Source: Phoronis australis (Eukaryota; Animalia; Phoronida). From it: 64,000 nt of DNA. The stretch is taken from contig NMRA01000072.1 of the NCBI GenBank assembly GCA_002633005.1, positions 392,952 to 456,951 of the forward strand, read 5' to 3'. The translations under genes and the position numbers were made by a program. Positions within the stretch are counted from its first letter, which is position 1; every line of letters begins with the position of its first letter. A model generated the notes under the pieces. It saw only the letters and a program-made list of their open reading frames with translations, searched no databases and was not told the origin of the DNA. Positions 52,301 through 64,000 of the stretch are shown here, piece after piece.

Positions 52301-55300
52301 TTTGGCAGTGTGACCTGGTGGGATCACATTTAATATATATGTTCATAATGAAATCTTAAGAAAGCACATTTTATTTTTGTTCACGCAACTTTTCAGCTTT
52401 TACATAAAATTTATATATAAGTCCTATTCATTATAGAAGCTCATGTAAAAGACCGACATTTTAAAATGCAATTCCTGACAGCAATTTAGACAACAATGCA
52501 GACAGCATAGTTCTATATCAGAAAGTTTTATGTGAATCCAACCAGGCCATGGGAAAATGAAAAGGGACAATTATGGTAACTGTTTTCATCTGAAATTGAG
52601 GAGATTCTACCATATAATATCATAGGCAACCAGTCATGTCAGATTACTTGGTGCATAATAACTTTCATCAAAACTAATGATTAGGATGTGAAACCAAAGA
52701 AAACAATTTCTCAGTGAATTATTGTGATTTCAATAAGAAACTGAATCTGCATTTAACTTGACTGGTACTCGAAAACGATGTTACAAAAGGCATGCCAAAA
52801 ATTGCTCCTTCACAGTCAGGCAGCACTGTAAGTAATGAGTAACCCATATCGGCAATATGTCACCAACAATAAGACATTACCATATGGATATATCAAAGGC
52901 CATATGAAAGGCACAGAAATGTTTAAAATTACATCAAAACTGATGAAGAAGCACTTCAAATTTCTTTTAGTACTGAATACTGTTAGTACCAAATTTTTTA
53001 ACTGGAATTTTGACTTATCAATATTCAGCACAGTACTGAGTAAACACACCATATTCAAGGCGAATGTTACTTTTTCAGACCACTTTGACATATATACTTA
53101 GTACTTTCAGGGGTGTTTTGAACCTTTTTAGTTGCTTTACAAAAACAAACTTAGCAATTCTTCAAAACCGAAAGTGTGGCAGTGCCAGCACGTCACCCAA
53201 TGCATACTGTCGAGGGTCAGATAGGATAAAACATACTTGCATTGTTGCAGTCTTAAATTTACCTGTTTCTGGCATCATGGCTCAAGTCAACTGGCAAAGG
53301 ACTGGCATTGGTAATCAGCTGACACTGAGCAGAGTTATAATCAGAACAGAAAAAAAAACGAGCACAGCTTACTTTATCAACAGGCAAAGGTTTACAAAAC
53401 TCACTGAGTCACTAGCCCATTTCAATGCGAAATTTGCTAGCATGGAAATTTGCCAAAAAGATTGAATTTCATATAATGCCCAGATTAACCAGAAACAATT
53501 TCAAAGGGAGAATGTTGCAAGGTGAGGTCTAACAAGTTTAGTAGGCAAAAGTTTTTGTCCTCTGGCAATAGATTTACGAACTGCATACAGCTGCTGCAGT
53601 TAAGAGGGATTAGTTCTGTAAATCTCGAGAAAGTTCCCTCCTTAACAGCGACAAATTGCAGGGATAGCAGCCTTACCTCTTCTGTCGACTGTAAACATGG
53701 ACACTTCCTGATACATTGTCTACATTAGGAAAGCTGGTTACAGTCTGTAAAATACAAAAGAGAAATCATGACATACGCTTAGAAAATTCAACGAAGACAT
53801 TGAAGAAAAAACTTTAAAATTCTTCAATTTCAACATAGCTTTATTACATAAAGTTCTGTGTAGAATATATCTGAATAGCCAGACTTTTTAGGTGTTCTAA
53901 ACTAAATTTCTCCGATACAAGCAGCAATGTTTAAGCATTTGACAGTATTGCAAATGTTTTACGCATTTCAATCACTGAGGCTTGTAACCTTAACCTTGTG
54001 ACTAACAATAACGATCGGGCAGTCGCTGAAACCACTCAGTTCAAAAAGCAACTCTCCAACTTGGCAGAGTGAGTAAAGCGTACTCTACACAAGTTTCTGG
54101 ACATCTCACACTTGCTAGAACACTGTCACCAGTAGTCTAGAATTTGCAGACAGCTTCTTGGTCACAACTGGGAGTCCAACATCTTAAAATTGAAACGAAG
54201 GCAATCATATGCCCATGACCTCGATGTGTTTGTGGGAAAAAAATCAAAACGTTACCAAAACCCATTAAATCTTATCTAGTTTCAATCCCAAACAACTGAA
54301 AACCAATCAACAATGCTAAAGAATAATCAAAGGATTCAGAAATATTAATCAGTTGGTTAAGACTTAGAGGCTATGGCCCAAAGGCATGTGAAGCACGGTG
54401 AAGATATTAATTTTACCAGGCAAGTCTCACAACTTCTCCACAGTGCTACCATTCAAAGGCAATTCTCTTGTTCTTATTAAAATACATACGTAGTCTCATA
54501 TATATGTGAGAAAGATTTCCAAAACCCCGCACTCTCTTACGAGCCAATGTCATTACAGGTTCTCATTCTCACCACTTTGTGACATGCTCAGTTATTTTTA
54601 ACTACGCACTTAAAGGAACATTATTAGCGAAGATATTGTATACTTGAGATTAGCTCCACGATGGATTTGAATACACAACCTTAGTAGTCACAATCTGACA
54701 CTTTGCTGGTGAAGCTAAAAGCCAACGCTAGAAGTAGCCAGAGTGGTTTAAGCATATTGAACTGACAAGGTGAAGGGCCTTGACTTCAGTCACTTTTACT
54801 GAATGACTGAAAGCCCTTGCCATGAATCATGGGTTTCTAACAAAATTATTAAAACACATTCAAAACAAATTTTGCTATTTTATAACTCTGGTCAAAGTCC
54901 ATCCTACTCAACAACAGTACCAAATACGCTTCTTATACTACTATGGAAAATATGTGAACTGAGTCAACCGGACTACGGCGTTTAGTATTTTGATTAACAA
55001 AAGCATGTTTACAATTAATTTCATGCTAGCCATCAGTGAACAATTGTGTACAATATGACAACACTCAACGGTCACTGATAGTACTTATTTGCAATTCACG
55101 GGAAGATCAACATACAACTTATGTAATCCGTCCTGTTCAACTGATGGAATCACCAGTTTTTCATAGAATTTACAAAAAAATAGAAATGACCGGGTTCAGA
55201 GAAAAGTCGTGCTTGTGGACTGGACACCATGCAAAACTTGATACAAGTTGTAAAATGCATGGGAAATTGTATTTGGTCTGAAATTGTGTGGAAAGCCAAA

Positions 55301-57131
55301 CTGAACATGCACTGACTGAAATGCATGTCACTAAGGTTTGCAAGGCCCTCACTCCCCTGAGGGGAAGGTGCCTCTACCTTCTAGAAGGAGAGTTTTTACA
55401 ACGTTTTTTACTAAAAAGGGAATTTTTGTGATGTTTATTTACTGCACTGATTTTGATGACAATGCTATAATATAACTCTTTTATGCTTTCGCAAATAAAC
55501 AAATATCAGCAACTATCAACTTTAATTTAAATAATACGAAGTGAATCATTGATACATCCCCCATTTACTTGTACAAGACCAACAGAAGACGAGGACCTGC
55601 TGGCACACTGCTTGGCTTATACAGCCAACGCCCCGACACAATGGTTCATTTTTCCGATAAGCACAGAACAGTGTGAGTACTTGCTGGGAAACATCCCACT
55701 GGGAGTTCACTACCAAATCTGCCAGCATTACTAAAACCTAAGCTTAACTCATGCCAGCAATGGTTTATCAGGAAAAGAGCCTCTTCCTTGCTAGTAGCAC
55801 AGAGCCCACTCTGGTACAATAATGAAGACTTTTAGCACAATAGCGTATATTGTTTGTCACTCTGTCCTTCCTGGACCTGAAATCGCCAATACCAGCATTA
55901 AACTGTTTGTCTGACTAGTGTTGTTGACCACAGTGAACAATCCTGATGGGCTGTTCGAGCGTGGTCTGCTTAAGACAGCATCTGAGAGAAGAGCACAGCA
56001 AGTTCATCATTGAAATCGCACATCCCTGAACGTTTCTATAAAGCTCTTCTGAATGACTTTTCGTAATTCTTCTTATATTAAGTCTTGCTCCAACAAGTTT
56101 GCAACAAATTTAGGACAAAAAAATCATCAGACATAATATTAATGTGTAACCGGAAGGGCGTCAGACAGGACATGGCAATTTCCAATTTGTTTCGATTTGT
56201 TTCGGAAGGTCACAAACTCTGAAATACTGACCTTCCACGGCTAATCAATTGTCATCGCCTGTTTGAAATACTTCCAGGTCCACATTATGGTACCAGAGGG
56301 AATTCTTTGATGATCCGTTGTGAATTAGATAGAGCAGGACATTTTAAGTGCTATCAAGAGAAAGAACAATCATACATGGTTTATTGGACCCTTGTTTCTA
56401 AACCAATGACTAACTCACTATGCTGGTGATCTGCCACAGGCTGCTAGTGCTCGGAACTCTCGTATCACCGTCATTACTCTGAGCAAAACAATTTTTGTTG
56501 ATGAAAACAAAGATTGGAAAGAAATCTCAATTTGCCAAAAAGCTTCTGACTTATGGAGTTTGTGGGACGGCCATCATCTGAGCAAGAAACATCATGATCA
56601 GGTCCTGCTGGTTTGTGACAAGCAATTCAGATTACTGTCCATTTGCAAGTGTACTAAGCCACTTTGTGGCGACTTGGGATTTATACCAGATCGCCAAACA
56701 AAATCTGAGTTTGCACTGGTGATGTGCCAAATCGACCTGGCAAATTTCTAGTGTTCAGTGGAAAACATAAATGCTGGATAAGGTCCCATACTGACATACC
56801 TTCATTCTTACCAGGGACAGGGGGCGCCACCTGGGCAGTTGATAATGATTTGCAGGCAAACAAGTTTCAAGTGCAGAGACCCTAATATCCTTCTTCTAGT
56901 TCTAGAACACATGTCAACTAATTTTTGTATAATTAATTGAAATGCACACACTCCCATGATCGCGAAGAGGAAGGCGCTTCATGCAAAACTTTCAAGTTGC
57001 CAAGTTAGCCCTTGGCCTCCTTTGCTTGGCCTTGGCCAACTTCCGCAATTTTCAGCTGTCACGACTGTACTTACCGTCAACTCAGGGGAATTGCAAGGGC
57101 TGGGTGTTCTCTGTACAGTAACCAGAGACAT
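34318..57131 (-). CDS. SSH: Protein phosphatase Slingshot homolog (cofilin phosphatase; SSH-N, DEK-C, dual-specificity phosphatase domain, long disordered tail)
   Basis: 15 exons on -: 57131-57075 (MSLVTVQRTPSP), 53744-53677, 48730-48633 (FSESYFTIKGAALIL), 47492-47428, 46556-46378, 45740-45540 (FKPLSVQAMWS), 45128-45084, 44743-44650, 43516-43341 (LGQMDSASEIFSYLYLGTEWNA), 42816-42670 (REIDNFFPG), 42135-41935 (catalytic HCKMGISRSAS), 40554-40418, 39825-38940, 37988-37594, 35531-34318 (C-terminal HGKTHPL). All phases consistent; ~1320 aa. Confidence 0.95.
38160..38380 (+). mobile_element. tRNA-derived SINE-like repeat, family B
   Basis: tRNA-like head with B-box-like GTTTGAATCC. Single copy in the window. 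Confidence 0.35.
40670..41448. mobile_element. Possible Kolobok-like element (TTAA flanks)
   Basis: ttaa|AGGGGTAACA ... TGTTCTGCCCT|ttaa; the TIR match is weak. Confidence 0.35.
44113..44335 (-). mobile_element. tRNA-derived SINE, family A (inverted copy)
   Basis: Shares GGGCCCATTGCACTGATCAC and GAGCTGAGGAG..GACCTGACTCAAGGGT with the 26235 and 52150 copies. Confidence 0.7.
49936..50279. mobile_element. 344-bp Kolobok-like MITE with ~90-bp imperfect TIRs
   Basis: ttaa|AGCTACATTTCGCATTGTTTAGCTGGCT ... AGCCAGCTAAATAGGGCAAAATGCAGCT|ttaa. A related arm sits at ~2805-2897. Confidence 0.75.
52150..52325 (-). mobile_element. tRNA-derived SINE, family A (5'-truncated inverted copy)
   Basis: Homologous to 26300-26460. 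Confidence 0.7.
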
Positions 57132-57611
57132 TTTGAAGTTTTTATGTCATTGTTCTTAGACTTCAGTATCTTCTTGCGGTGCGAAAACACTGCAAAGTAT
57201 ATGAGTTGACCACCACTTGAACTTCGACTAAATGTTTCGTCTTCTACAAATATGGCGGTCGTACGGAAATGACCAAAATATCCGACAGGTGGCCAAACTT
57301 TTAGGAGTTATCACCCTTGTGTGACGTTTTCGACTCGCACCCCGNAACTCAGGGGAATTGCAAGGGCTGGGTGTTCTCTGTACAGTAACCAGAGACATTT
57401 TGAAGTTTTTATGACATTTTTCTTAGACTTCAGTATCTTCTTGCGGTGCGAAAACACTGCAAAGTATATGAGTTGACCACCACTTGAACTTCGACTAAAT
57501 GTTTCGTCTTCTACAAATATGGCGGTCGTACGGAAATGACCAAAATATCCGACAGGTGGCCAAACTTTTAGGAGTTATCACCCTTGTGTGACGTTTTCGA
57601 CTCGCACCCCG
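57079..57611. repeat. 266-bp tandem duplication around an 'n' (assembly artefact duplicating most of SSH exon 1 and the promoter)
   Basis: 57079-57344 = 57346-57611 with few differences; n at 57345. Confidence 0.85.
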
Positions 57612-57694
57612 CCATATTGATTCTTGCTGCCGGGTACCTGTCAAAGGACTCTTAATTTCTTTAAAAAAAATCGGTTACCATCCATCCTGGAAAA
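57399..57694. promoter_or_regulatory. Bidirectional promoter SSH/SNRPB with two oppositely oriented YY1-like motifs
   Basis: About 300 bp ATG-to-ATG once the duplication is collapsed. AAATATGGCGG at ~57515 and CCGCCATATT at ~57609; also CGGAAATGAC and TGACG motifs. Confidence 0.65.
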
Positions 57695-60600
57695 ATGGTA
57701 GGTACTATTTACATGGTGAAAATGAAAGAGTTCTGCTTATCGTTAAAACCTTGAACTTCGTATTTTCGTACTGCATCGACAATTTTATGCCTTTTCCACC
57801 TTTGTTTACGTTACATCGGTAAACTTTTTTTGAGGTTCTTGCACCTGTGAATGGCATTAGTAGTAGTGGTCCCCAGGTCTTGGACCCAGTTTTATGCGCG
57901 TCATTCTGTGGTTGAAACCAGTATAAGCCTGTAGTTTAGATGTCGATGTAAATGGTTTGGGATAAAGAAGTTCTATATGATTGAAGATTGTCTTGCTTTG
58001 AAGTGTTGTGAATGCCCCTGTTGAGTACTGTAGTTATGGACCGAGACAGGTTCGAACTACCTCAGTGATAAGCTAATCCCGGAGTACTTTTATTGTGTCC
58101 TACCGGACGGTGTCGGAACTACAGAAGAGTTAGGCGAGGTGGTCACGTTGTGTGGTTATGTGACTCTTCACCAGGGCCGGGGCAGGAGCGCTGGTCGCAC
58201 AAGGCCAAGACCAATGTCACAATATCGCAATATATAGTCGCCACAGCCGAGACAGACATCAACATTTACTACATTCCTCCCTTCCCTAATGAAAAGAAGC
58301 GGAACCCCATATTAAATGACGAACGTACATCACGACAGACAGACATAGCCATGACATTTACTACACTCCTAAATTATGTGTTGTTGTTCTTGAAGCTCTG
58401 ACAGTAAAAGTCGAGTAAACGCTTGTCTCTTGATAATGACCAGCAGGAACCAGTTCTCACTGAATAACAGACGTTGCCATCACTCAGTAGAAACTGATTC
58501 TCAGCAACCATTATATTCACTGAATAACGGACATCGTCATTGCCATCACTCAGTAAAATTCTCGGCAATCGTTTTTAAGAGGGACCGTTTACTCAACTTT
58601 TACCTTGGGACTCTTGGATCGGGTGACCAAATGCCACACTGTACACCAGCACATGCATCGGCCAACTGATGGGGCACTGAATACTTATGTTGCGCCCTCT
58701 ATGGGCCAGAGCAGCCAACGTCGACAGTCTCCAAGATGAACGGCAGTTATCTTTTGATGTAGATGATAGAGTCAGTGGTGCTCTCATAGGGCCTTCGTAC
58801 GTCTGAAGCTTTTTGGCAAGTTATGCCTTGCACTGATTAAACCATCAGTTAAAACGGCAAGTGGCCATTTTTGCACTGCTCGCGCCATGTCATTAACGTT
58901 GACATGTATAATGCAGGATTTTACCAGTTTCATCCACTGAATGATTCACATAAAATCGCTTGCGCCAGAAGCTATGAAGTCGTGTCCCCTGGCGCGAGCA
59001 GTGTAAAAATGCCCAGTTGCCTATTAGAGCAACTGAACGAAGGACTTAAAAAAGTTTGCTTGCAAGAGTATTTGTATGGGCTGAGAAGAGGTTGAGGCAT
59101 GTGTTGCAAGGCGAATATGCTCAGTTGAAGACCTTAGAGTAATTAGCTTTTATTGTTTTTACTGACCCCAAGAAATTAAAGTGAACACCATAAATTTAAG
59201 GCGTGATGGCTAAACCGTATTGTTTTTATGTAAGGTGAAAATTGTAGATAATTTTACTTATAAACAATGTCAAAACCAACTCTAACCACAGTCCATAGGC
59301 CCACAGCCTTACCACAGCCTTTCCACAGCAGGGCTTGGAATTTTCCGCGGAAACGCGGATTTCTGCTTTTTTCAAATGTTCTGTCCGCGTATTTTATTAT
59401 ATTTCCGCTTAAAAAAATTGGATTTGATATAAAATTTCCGTGGCAAATTTCTTTCTTACCGCTGCGTTGCCGACGACTTTCACCTCGAAAAGCGGAAGTT
59501 GCTCTTTATGTTTCGGAAGAACGTAAATTGTCAACATTGCCGTGGCATCTGGGATAGCGTGGTGGATTTCCTCAATGGCGGCTCGTGTGATTGTAAACCG
59601 CGGTGACAAATACTACGACTCTGCAGCCAAAAATGTTTGGAGGCGGGAGTGGCGAACGAGTTAACAGTGATTTTCAAAGAATTTAGATCGATGACTCGCG
59701 AAAACAAAATGTCGGCCGACGGCGATTCAGACGTAGACTTTTCAAATGACGAAATTGGCAATAATTTGTATACTTTTTACTTAATTAATATACAAGATAA
59801 CCCAAAAAGGAATTCTTAGAAATCTGGCCAGATTTTGTTGACTATTACGACAAAGAAGTTGAATTACATGGCTTTGAACCGGAGGAAAACTTTGCAGGTC
59901 GCGAATTTCGCAATTGGGTCAAACAAACGCCGTTGAACTCCGACATCTTCGCAAATTTTATGAACATGTGGAGTCTTCTAGAGTTTACGATGGTTACGAT
60001 AAGCAAGTTGAGTACTTTAAAAATTTCTATATTGATGAAATATTCGGTGAAATTGTCAGGGTAATTAATTTGAAGGCCCAAAGGAAGCGCGAGTCACAAC
60101 CGGAAGTGGACAAATTTGAATCGTTGAACTTAACGATCGCCTAATTTAAGTCACTTTATGGACTTCAAATGTAAATAGAAGATGTGAAATGTGATCAATA
60201 ACGTATCTTAAGAAATTTTACTGAAGAATATTCACGACACTGTTACTCAGAAATCATTTTTATTCTTTAAACGATACATTGAATTGGCAAATTGGAAAAC
60301 AAACACCGGCATTTCAGGCGTTACTTACCTGCATCACATGAGAGAGTGGGATTTTTTAATTTTGGTGAATTTGTAGATAAAGTTCATTCTGTTCTCTACA
60401 TTTTGGTGTATTACACTTTGAAATTCAATGATAAATGGATTGTTTATGGAATTTTGAAAACAAGCACCTCAGTTCAGCCCATGTGCACTAAGTTACTTGG
60501 GGTTCAGGGACACAATGGCCGACAGTTACTTGGAAGTGGCCTAGTTTCTGTGTCTTGTCTTGCGTTGATAATTACCTGCTATGTAAATACCTGAGTGCGG

Positions 60601-63217
60601 TTGGAGTTTAGGTTGTGTGGTTGGGTTTTTTGTCCATAGTAAGAGTTTTTGCACCATACAAAAGCAGGTTTGAGGTTTTGAACATCATAATTTCTTGTAA
60701 GTTAGTCTGTAGCTCATCATCACCAGAAGTTAATGCAAAATGTTTTCCATTGTATTCCAGGTTGCCGGCAAAAGCTCCAAGATGTTGCAGCATCTGAACT
60801 ATAGGATGCGTTGCACATTACAAGATGGCCGAACATTCATCGGCACGTTTAAGGCATTTGACAAACACATGAACCTGATCCTGGGCGACTGTGATGAGTT
60901 CAGGAAGATTAAGCCCAAGGGAGGCAAGTCTGGCGAGAGGGAGGAAAAGAGAGTATTGGGTCTGGTTTTATTGCGTGGGGAGAACCTGGTGTCCATGACT
61001 GTAGAGGGACCACCACCAGCTGAGGTGAGTCAAGGCAGTCGGAGTCTTCTGTTTTAGTGTGCAGTTTTCAACATTGGTTGCATCACGTGTCTGGGCAACA
61101 AATGATGCTGTTAAAATGTGTCTCTCTTATGGTATTTTTCTAACATTTTGGTAAGGCTTGTCTTATTATTACGTCAGTTAAAATCCTGCAGTTGGATCTG
61201 ACTTTTATGAGTCGCAACCAACTTAATCAAGAGCTTTGATCCAAGTAAGTCAAACTTGGATTTATCCGATATGACTTGTGTGAGGTTTACTAAACTTACG
61301 AAATTATTAGAATAAACATCGCTCTTTGCTTTTGAGAGTGCTGTCATTCTGTATAGCATGCTGGATTGGCCAGTTACGTTGGATTACAATGGATTTACGT
61401 TGTTATTTGCAGGAGGCTGCGTCAAGAGTTCCCTTGCCTGGTGCTGGCCCTGGACCTGGTATGGGTCGGGCAGCAGGGCGTGGCATCCCTGGAGGTGGGC
61501 CTGGTGGTGCTGCCCCTGGTCTGCAGGGTCCTGTTAGGGGTGTGGGTGGACCCTCACAACAAATGATGACACCAGGTGAGTAGTGGCAGAGATGTTGTTT
61601 TGCTCAGTGTTTGAAGATAAGCTTTGGTGCTGTGATTAATGTTCTTGCTTTTTGTAGATTTTATTGGAATTGAAATTTTGTTTTTTACAATAAAAAATCT
61701 GCTTTGGGTATTGTCAGATGTTGATTTGTGGTGTGCCAGAAAAAAAATAGTTTGAGTGAAGATTGTGCTGTCGTGTAGGAAAGGGCCATAGTAAATGTGT
61801 AAGTCAATTAGAGCAAAGTCATAAAAAAGATAAGATTTCTTAATCTTGTGTCAACTTGGAAGTTATTATTAAATATGTCTACCATAGCTCTGTTTGGTTG
61901 CATTTGTCATATTTAGTTCTCTAATATTTTTGAATGAACTAGCTATTGATTTGCTTTACCCAACTATGGTCTATTTCACATTCCAGGTGGACCACCCATG
62001 ATGGGTAGAGGCGGTCCCCCTCCCCGCATGATGGGGCCCCCAGGTGGGCCGGGTATGAGGCCAATGGGCATGCCCCCACGAGGACCACCCATGATGGGAC
62101 CACCCATGATGAGAGGTGAGTTGCATTCTCTAGATGCACTCCATAGCAGTTGCTGTCTTGCCACTCACTTTTTTCTTGGCACTTTTTAGTAGTAGTATTA
62201 ACTCACGAGTGAAGGCTAGTGATGTCATGGGCTTCAATTGAACTTTTAATGCTTGGCCATATTCTACGAGGGCTTGCGTGATCTTGTCAAAATTGCAAGA
62301 TACTAGCTTTGCTGATTTCGCAGCCTCAGTATGTCAAGTTACTGTTAACTTGTCATATTTAGATGCTGCTATTTTAAAAGTATTCTTCAGTCATGTTTAT
62401 TTGTTTTTGGACAATTTTTTGCATTCGTTCTCTCAGTGATGGGCAATCAGGGCTTGGAATTTTTCTGCTTTTAAAAGAATTTCCTCTTTTTGGTTTCAAT
62501 TTCCTCTTATTTGATTTCCAGTTTATTCAGAGTTTGTTAAGAGGTCTTCCCAGCTCCAGCATTCAAACAAGTCCAAAGATTTGTGAATAATTAATTTTGA
62601 TATCATTCTGACCAGAGCTGGATCTGGATTTCAGTTCATTAAAGTTAGTAGGACCCTAGAAAATGTCCAAATTTGGCTAGTTTCAGAACCTCATATCTCA
62701 CAAAATAGCAGATTCACATAAAGCTTTCAGGTACCGGGTGTTGTGCTATGTTTTCTCAAAAGCTATTGGGAATTGTTTTAAAAACATTCCACTTTTCCCT
62801 GAGGGGTTGTCGAAAGATATGACTCAATTTCCTTTCTTTTAGCTAAGTTTTACTACTTGACACCGTCATGTCACGCAATTAATGGCAGGTTGTTAAAAAG
62901 TAAAATATGCAAGCTTCCTGCTTTCAGAATATATGTACTTATACCTTTGAAATCCGTAGTTTGTAGACATTTGTTCAAATAGAGACTTGTCGTATGGTCC
63001 TATGTAACCTTAAGATAGTTTCTTGCCAGTTTGATAACACCATGCATTACAAGTGAAGATCGTAATCTCACAGGTTTCATTCACAAGCCTCTTGTGTAAT
63101 GGATGAGCCCATCTCGTGTTGAATCACTAATGGTAATTAACCGTAAAGGGAACGTTTGTATAAGCATGTGTCATTTTGTTTTCAGGGCACCCGGGTATGA
63201 GGCCACCACCACGGTAA
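57695..63217 (+). CDS. SNRPB: Small nuclear ribonucleoprotein-associated protein B (SmB)
   Basis: Exons: ATG-only 57695-57697 (aaaaATG|gtaggt), 60761-61024 ([51 protein letters not shown]...[21 protein letters not shown]), 61413-61575, 61987-62115, 63186-63217 ([10 protein letters not shown]). 196 aa: Sm fold plus Pro/Gly/Met/RG tail. Confidence 0.96.
58404..58603. mobile_element. ~200-bp MITE in SNRPB intron 1 with internal tandem repeat
   Basis: Inverted repeats GTAAAAGTCGAGTAAACG / CGTTTACTCAACTTTTAC enclosing two copies of CACTGAATAAC...TTGCCATCACTCAGTA. Confidence 0.6.
59329..60150 (+). mobile_element. CAGGGCTTGG hAT-like element (right end not found) carrying a decayed small ORF
   Basis: Same terminus as 26804, with subterminal CCGCG repeats. 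Spliceable acidic ORF at 59709-60064/60144. Confidence 0.6.
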
Positions 63218-63544
63218 AGTCAAGCTGTTATGTGAAGAGACTTGTAAATAGTGGATAGTATTTGCTACTTGGACATTTTTAATCATGTTGTTCATACTTG
63301 GGAAAAGTGTTACAAGAAGAGTGTACTTTTCCTCAAGTTGGTATGCGTTTGTGTAGCCTACAGTATTTGGGCACGCCATGTAATCCTGTGACATGTTGGG
63401 ATTGACATCAGATCATCAGATTACACATGTACGTAGTTCGTCATCTGGCTTCATAAACGCTTGTTCATTTCATGTTGTTTTAAACTGAAACTCGTTGAGG
63501 AGTTTCTGAGTCAACAATATTTCGTCATTGTAAATTCATTCATG

Positions 63545-63570
63545 AAATAAACCTTTTATATTGAAATAAA
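63545..63570 (+). other. Tandem AATAAA polyadenylation signals of SNRPB
   Basis: Two AATAAA motifs ~330-350 nt after the stop, followed by GT/T-rich sequence. Confidence 0.6.
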
Positions 63571-63904
63571 GTTTTGGTTTTATGATGCCAATGATGCCAT
63601 TTCCTATCGAAAGCCAAATTTATCAACCCTAAAACTCAGAGTAAAGCAAGTTTGTGATGAACGTCCTGTTTGCATAAACACCACTTGGGTTTCCAATCTG
63701 GTGAAAAATTATTAGCATCCAATTCAGGCTACTTAAACCACACGACTCACCGTCTCTTGAACAAAGCTCTGCACTTGTGAACAAAGCTCATGGACCTCGC
63801 CTGTAATCTTAGTTTACCGACCCACAAAACGGCTTTCACCCAAGCACCACGCCTCAGGCACCTGTAAACGTGGGTCTTGTATTCTGTCGAGCCATTTCAA
63901 AAAA

Positions 63905-63975
63905 TTTGACCTTATGAACTTTGACCTTGGTTTTACCTTATTAACTTTGACCTTAGTCTGACCTTGACCTTGGAC
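63905..63975. repeat. Cluster of TGACCTT repeats (probably a repeat-element terminus)
   Basis: About five TGACCTT copies within 70 bp. Confidence 0.5.
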
Positions 63976-64000
63976 TCAAATTTCGGGCAACCAACCCCCA

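Noticed and set aside
57346-57398. Apparent second SSH first exon
   Set aside because: Starts exactly at the 'n' join and lacks the donor; an assembly duplicate.
61939-62164. Pro/Gly-rich minus-strand ORFs
   Set aside because: Antisense shadow of the SmB Pro/Gly codons.
61025-63185. Intronic C/D snoRNA like human SNORD119 in SNRPB
   Set aside because: No canonical RTGATGA...CTGA pair with a terminal stem found by eye, only an imperfect TGATGT...CTGA at ~62220-62315. An Infernal/snoscan search would be decisive.
63905-63975. Array of nuclear-receptor half-sites as an enhancer
   Set aside because: Irregular spacing at the window edge; more likely a repeat terminus. It is also a caution for the DR2 finding.

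Overview
This is metazoan nuclear DNA (an invertebrate bilaterian by gene structure), AT-rich and intron-containing, from a draft assembly with two N-gaps and four single-'n' contig joins. Manual splicing with GT-AG sites and consistent phases gives five genes: the last coding exon of an unidentified single-pass membrane protein (+, 840-1021); MND1 (-); TMCO6/importin-alpha-like ARM protein (+); slingshot phosphatase SSH (-, 15 exons, ~1320 aa); and SmB/SNRPB (+, 5 exons, 196 aa). MND1/TMCO6 and SSH/SNRPB each form a tight head-to-head pair. Introns carry non-autonomous DNA transposons (hAT with 5-bp and 8-bp TSDs, TTAA Kolobok-like, TA Tc1/mariner-like, Harbinger-like), tRNA-derived SINEs and a minisatellite. 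Most ORF-track entries are chance intronic ORFs. I found no multi-gene novel system. The best leads are a perfect nuclear-receptor DR2 next to an E2F site in the MND1/TMCO6 promoter, a six-copy V-x6-[FIY]-E motif in the SSH tail, an in-frame duplicated splice donor in TMCO6, and a cryptic spliced cargo gene in a hAT-like element.
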